Source: Takakia lepidozioides
Taxonomy: Eukaryota; Plantae; Bryophyta
DNA: 64,000 nt
Assembly: GCA_030704615.1 (NCBI GenBank)
Contig: CM060731.1
Location: 87,234,001-87,298,000 of the forward strand
Direction of reading: 5' to 3'
Shown: positions 58,418 through 64,000 of the stretch, piece by piece
Position numbering within the stretch: position 1 is the stretch's first letter
Layout of the letters: the number at the start of each line of letters is the position of its first letter
The notes under the pieces: generated by a model
What the model saw: only the letters and a program-made list of their open reading frames with translations
Databases searched by the model: none
What the model was told of the DNA's origin: nothing
Program-made: the position numbers and the translations under genes

Positions 58418-61400
58418 CATAGTAGTCTAGGGGGCCGAGGTAAGTTGCGGTGTAGGTTGGGCTCACTGAACCGCCTACCCGACTGCAGTTAGTGTAGGGG
58501 GTCCGTGGTCGTACATGGTGGCTGTGATCACTATCTAAGTCCTACCGGCAAAGAGAAATCACGTACTCCTCTTCACAGGGCGAGTTTGCGTTTTTAAGTC
58601 CTACGGTATTTTCTAATCAGTTTAATCAACGCCCTGCAGGCTATAACGAGCACCACGTTCATATATCCTAATTAAGCAATTTCACAAATCAGAAATGCTG
58701 GAAATAAAAGAAATTAAGAAAATCAGGAAAAATACCTCCCCTATGGGAAATCATGTGGGGAATCCAAAGATACCCTTGGTGCCTAAAGATGCCCTTGAGA
58801 ACCCTATGGGAACCCAATGAGAACCGAGGAACACCCGGGAACCGTTCCCTGCCGCGGAGAACTGCCGCGGCCTTATCGGATGAATGAATCTCGCTGAGAG
58901 CTCATCCCTGCAACTACATTCGTTAGTCCAGAACATGCATGCTAAATAATAAAATAACCACTGGTGGGTCCAAGCCAGATTTCACCCCCTTACATTATTT
59001 TAAGGCGCTGGTGCGCTTTCCCTCCGTGGGAAAAGTCATCCTCTACCTTGGGCTCTGACACAAAGGCTCACTGTAGCCGAGTTTTTAGGACATAATACTT
59101 TCTCTCCTCCCTTGTCTCTCGAGGCCTCCGCCTCTAACTCACTGCCATCAGACCCGCTTGGCTCTCTCCTGGAGTCCAAAGAACGCTCCCCTCCAAGGCT
59201 ACGTCCTCCCAAAATCCTAGATTTTATCTACCACTGGCGCCTTAGATAATGGCTCCTAACCCTTAGAGGGGTATAAATTGAATCTAATAGCTAAAAGTAA
59301 GAATACCCCCCTTTGAGGGAATTTGTAGACGCATTGCCCGCTGGGTAAAATGCCCCCGCCACGTGGCAGGGCGCAGATCCGCGCATAGCGGTCCAAACCA
59401 CGGACCGCTACGGTTAACGTCAGCATCCGCCGGTCCGTCTCAACTTTTGGTTATTCAGCGGGTAAAGACCCGCGCCTTGCTCGCACGCTTCAGGGCCTCA
59501 CGCCTGATGTACTTGATCTCAGTACGACTTAAGGTCAGCGCTGGGGTCCCGCGCCCGTACCTCGTGGTTGGGCCACGGCTGCCTCCACGCTTAAGTAATC
59601 GAGTCCCTACTCTCTAGGCGCGGCACCCGGGCTGCTCGCGACTTTGGGGCAGCTGCTGTCAAGCGAAATCAGCCCGCCCAAACCCCAAGACAAAAAAAAA
59701 ATACAAACCACACCCTCCCCTAGGCCTCCATGGCTTGCTAGTGGGGGGGGGGGGGGGGGGGGGGGGGAGGGAATTAGCACATAGAGGCCCTATAATGGCC
59801 TTATATCATAGATCCAGCCTACTGGCCTACTTTGCCAGAGCTGGCTATTTTTTCAAATTAGTAATCAAATACAAAGATTCCTTCTTCCAACAATTCAAAT
59901 ACAAGCCTCTATTGGTGCCCTTACCAATAGACTATGGGGGTCTTCCCCTTGTCACTTCTAGACATGAAATTATGGGACTCCACAATACACTCTCCTCTTT
60001 TGAAGAGGCTAAATCAAATTTTCAACTTCAAGCTTTGCTTGGAAAATAAATGAATAAAAAACAAATGGTGAAATGGTAAGATGGGATCAACCTTTCTATG
60101 CGAGAGTGCTTGGGATGCTTTATCAACTCAAGTAATGGTACTCTATACGGCCTTCACTTGGGCTCTCGTCCATAAGTCCATAAGTCCATAAGTCCTCCTA
60201 CTCGTCCTCAAGTCACTTTCCTCCACATGAACTTGCCCTCCTTCACAAATGAAAATGGCTCAAGGCCCACAATTGAAATGGCTCAAAGGCCCAAAAGCTA
60301 GGCCACTTGCCTTAGCTTACAAGAATCCTACCTAACTAGGGAGCTTCAAGCTCCACTCCCTAGGATCTAGCCCCTCCTCAAGCCAAAAAACTAGCAAGCA
60401 CTACAACAACAAGCAAGAGGAAACTAAGCAAATGAGCTAGATGAAGAATAAGAGAGCCTTGCCTCCTCTTTTATACTGTTGTTGTGCCTATTAGTTAAGA
60501 AAAATATTTATTAAACTATTATTTCCTAGGAAGATCTATAATATACTATTATGCATGGATGAAAAGTCTTAGAGGCAAATGAAAGCTATCTTTTCATCCA
60601 TCCAGTTGGATGACCAGTTGGCACGAGTTGTCATTTCATCCATCCAGCTCCTCAAGGCGAATTCCAGGATTCTTCATCCATCCAAGAAGTAGAAATGCAA
60701 ATAATAGGCCTTGTGAGTGCCATTGACTCAATAATTTGGCCCCGCTGCTAATCAGCTCCATAAATCACCAAACTTGGTGACAAACTACAATTATATACCT
60801 CGTATCAGCCTGTAAATTGTCAACTCCATCGGTGGTAAAAAGTTGTGCTTCTCGCCATTCGTCGTATTTTCGCTACACACATATTTTGTTGTGTATTTGG
60901 AAATCAAATCCCTGGTGATGGCTCTGGGGTCTTTGACCCTGCCACTGAGTCATAGGTTGTCCGGAGTCCCCTCCAGTTGTCCCGCACCACTAACAAGTCC
61001 AAGCTTCACCGTTTGAAGTCGTCCTGACCTGCTGTCGTTCCGATGCGGCCAATTGCTTTGTCGCGATATTTCATCGCTATACATGTCGCTTCCACCAATT
61101 GCCAAGCTCCTCGCCGTGTGTTCCTATTGGACTTGAAAGGCGGGAGAAAAGAGAGATCGCAATCTGGGACTGGAACAGTCGTCCTGTATTGTTCGAACAG
61201 GATTAACTCGCCGTTTCTGGTACCGAATTGGCAGCCTAATATGCTGTCGATGCAGCTTCCTATGGTCATCTTGACGCCAGAGTTTTTCTCCATGGTCGTC
61301 TCAGACACTGTCTAATTTCCTACGTGCTTTACCAACGATATTCCAGATAACTAACAAACTAACATGTTTTGGCAGTACAATGCCGAAACCGCTTGTCTTA

Positions 61401-64000
61401 TGATCAAAAACGTTCTGAAAAGAAAAGTGTACCAATATATGCATCTACATATATGGCGACCAATGGGGAACACTCGCCCCGAGTGTAAGAGAATCCAGGA
61501 TCTCTAGTTCGTAAAAATCCCCATACTAGGGTATCTCTGATATCCCTTGGAGTCAACAACTCCCTTGAGTAAAGGTATGAATAATTCCCCTCAGGCTCTT
61601 CCTCCTCGGAGAGAGTTCAAGTCTTCCGGGAGAGAGGAGGAAATAAAAAGCAAAAGCCAAAAAATGTTTCAAAACCACCCAGCTCGCCCTCTTCGGAGAG
61701 AGTTGGAGTTCCCAGATAAAAAAACTTCAAAACCGCCATTCTCCCCCACCGGACTGGGTTCGAATCCCCTAGATGATGTAAGAGAGATATGCGTGGTGCA
61801 AATTGATGATTCTACTCTACAATAGCCTTGGAAGGACTTTTGGTTCTACCCTACTTGACATGGCTTGCAGGGACCTCTCATGGATGTGCACAGCTCATGG
61901 TAAATCGCTCACTGCGAACTATGACCTCGACTCGAATCCGGAAGGGTCTAGAAGCTCCTAAACATGATGCTCCTGGGAGTCCCAATTCTTGGCTCCCACA
62001 ACAAAACAGAAAAGATTGGATACCCAAGGACCCTACCCATGAAATAAACGCACCATTCCTAACTACAATCTAACTTGGTTCATGACTCGCAGGGACCTCT
62101 CATGGATTTCGCAGAGCTCATGATGAAATTCTTGACCTAAGAAATGATTGGATCCATTCTGCACCTCAGAGGACCATACTCTGGAACAAAGTAACATTCT
62201 ATCGGAAAAGGTCACAGGCCCTTATGGGTTTTCTTGTGCCTAACGCCCTTCACTCATGTGAGGGGAGCAGCAACCACTGCTCTACAAGTCACATTTTACC
62301 CCCTCACTGCTTCTGACTTTTCTCTCTCTACGAGGAATGCTGCATCGGGGTAAGGTGAAAACAACAAAAGGTTTAAGGTTTAGAATCCCCGTGCGGGAAG
62401 TCGCTGTGCTCCATGCAGGGAGCATCAGTATACTGCAGAATGCTTGATACAACAAGCATTTACTTTTTCTCGAGATATGCTTTGAGCAGACACAGATAGA
62501 CTCTGTGATAAAAAAAACAAATGATGATCGACAGTGTACATTGAACAAGAGTGTATATATTAGCCAACCCATTGTTCCCATTCCTGCACCTGTGGTTCTC
62601 CACTTGGTGAAGAAGAAAAGAAACTCACAACACGTGATTAGTAACGAAGATGTATGAAGTCTTCTACTTGGCAATTGGATGGTCATAGCTTTCATAGCTT
62701 ATGCCATATCAAACGGATTCTAATTCTACAAGGTGGGTTAGATTACTGCACGCTATGTGCCCTGCATCCCAAGGTCTGTCCTTGTGGATTCCAATAACTA
62801 CCCAAAAATTCACTCTGGAGAACAAACCACCTCTTTAATGCAACTGTGTTGCCCCGCTTTCCAAGATCTACCCTTGGAACTCCAAGAAAGGGTGTCAACA
62901 ACCTACTTGGGTAAGAGCCCTACTGACTTCTTCCTGTTGGAGAAGTTTCATTGGATTATTGCAACTTAGTTGCCCCGCACTCCACCTCGTTGTGGAGCTC
63001 CAATAACCAATGAGTCAATGGATAGGAAATACCAACATTTCCTTCCGACAAACCGGGACGAAATCCTAAAGATCTCTCTCTTAGTGGGGGGAGGTAGAAA
63101 GTTCATTGGTTAATGGAACTCACATGTAGTAGTGCTTGCACCGGACACCGTTCACCAGGTTGGGAAACTCCACTCCCCTTAGTGTCTCTAGTTGTAATGA
63201 GCCGTTGTCAAAGACTGTCTTGACGAGATAAGGGCCCATCCAGTATGAGTCGATCTTGGCTTTGAACTCCTCATTCCGACTGTCAAATAATGGTACAAGA
63301 TCTCCTGGATCAAAGATTCTCTTTTTGCGCTTAGCATCGAAGCGAGCCTTCCTTCGCCGTTGCACTGCCTCAATGTGCTGCGTTGCTGCTTGCCGGAGTT
63401 CATCCAGTCCTTCCAACATCTCGAGTCGTTCCTTTAATGACTCTGATGTCACCAACCGTTTGGTAATGGCCAATTGTAGAGATGGGATTTCTGTCTCGAT
63501 TGACATGATGGACTCTACCCCATAAACCAATGAAAAGGGGGTATGTCGAGTAGTTACCTTATGGGTTGTGCGAAATGCCCACAAGGCCGAAATTAACTTG
63601 GTGTCCCAATCCCTCTTGTGCTCCCTGATTGTCTTGGAGAGAATGTTGCACAGGGTTTGGTTGGCGCGCTCCACTTGCCCACTTGTTTGTGGATGATAAG
63701 GGGTTGCCTTTTGATGCCTGATGGAGAATGCCACCATCATTTCCTCGATGACCTCGTTGATGAAGTGAGATCCTCTGTCACTCACTATCTCTTTCGGGCA
63801 TCCAAATCGGGAAATGATATATTCATAAATGAAAGAGGCAATTACCTGCGCGTTGGCCTTCTTAACCGCTTTGGCTTCTGCCCACTTGGTCAGATACTCA
63901 GTGGCTACAATGATGTAGCGATTTTGTTGACTCGATGCAGGGTGCACTTCCCCTACATAGTCGATCCCCCACTTCTCAAACGGAGCAAGGGGGAGCGTGG
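58418..64000 (-). mobile_element. Copy B of the long-LTR Ty3/gypsy family: integrase, 3' UTR, PPT and 3' LTR (58418-62293); extends beyond the window
   Basis: Inverted homology to 3866-7237 and 10936-13255. The LTR starts TGTGAC at 62293 after the PPT. It has an internal deletion of about 330 bp at 58619 and lacks about 37 bp of the LTR end. Confidence 0.92.
63120..64000 (-). CDS. pol: Ty3/gypsy integrase (DDE core plus GPY/F, no chromodomain); partial pol
   Basis: PFEKWGIDYVG (63985-63950), ATEYLTKWAEAKAV, IVSDRGSHF, YHPQTSGQVERANQ, TPFSLVYG, WMGPYLV...VNGVRCKHYY*. Confidence 0.95.
   Translation of the reverse strand, partial: TLPLAPFEKWGIDYVGEVHPASSQQNRYIIVATEYLTKWAEAKAVKKANAQVIASFIYEYIISRFGCPKEIVSDRGSHFINEVIEEMMVAFSIRHQKATPYHPQTSGQVERANQTLCNILSKTIREHKRDWDTKLISALWAFRTTHKVTTRHTPFSLVYGVESIMSIETEIPSLQLAITKRLVTSESLKERLEMLEGLDELRQAATQHIEAVQRRRKARFDAKRKKRIFDPGDLVPLFDSRNEEFKAKIDSYWMGPYLVKTVFDNGSLQLETLRGVEFPNLVNGVRCKHYYM

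Noticed and set aside
59742-59771. Long G-run as a PPT of another element (C-run at 5544-5556 in copy A)
   Set aside because: It lies mid-LTR in both copies, is not followed by TG, and differs in length between copies, consistent with homopolymer slippage.

Overview
Eukaryotic nuclear DNA from a land plant, most likely a non-seed plant such as a bryophyte (inferred from spliceosomal introns, PLS/DYW PPR fragments, a plastid sigma-factor fragment and a Tcn1/Tf1-type chromovirus). Only one host gene looks intact: a multi-exon RIX1/PELP1 gene on the minus strand (21484-30822). The rest is gene debris (1-3830) and nested transposons. (1) Two copies of a non-chromovirus Ty3/gypsy family with about 4.2 kb LTRs and a tRNA-Gly PBS (3866-13255; 58418-64000). 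(2) An APE-RT LINE with a 2A-like peptide (13257-18240). (3) A CACTA fragment and an orphan gag. (4) A large degenerate Mutator-like element (about 38.7-55.8 kb). (5) A self-priming chromovirus inserted into that element and later disrupted by a 7-kb inversion. (6) A 60/120-bp satellite. The most interesting candidate system is the Mutator-like element. It has a GCM-like/DDE/SWIM transposase and, divergently, an intron-containing gene that fuses a ParB-type DGNHR domain to a beta-class N6/N4 DNA methyltransferase-like domain. About 23 copies of an 18-bp palindrome are spread through it, and their half-site ATGCGG matches the GCM-binding core. The second candidate is the big-LTR family, which seems to contain a second, inverted set of priming and end signals inside its LTR. 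All calls come from reading the sequence by eye; no searches were run.
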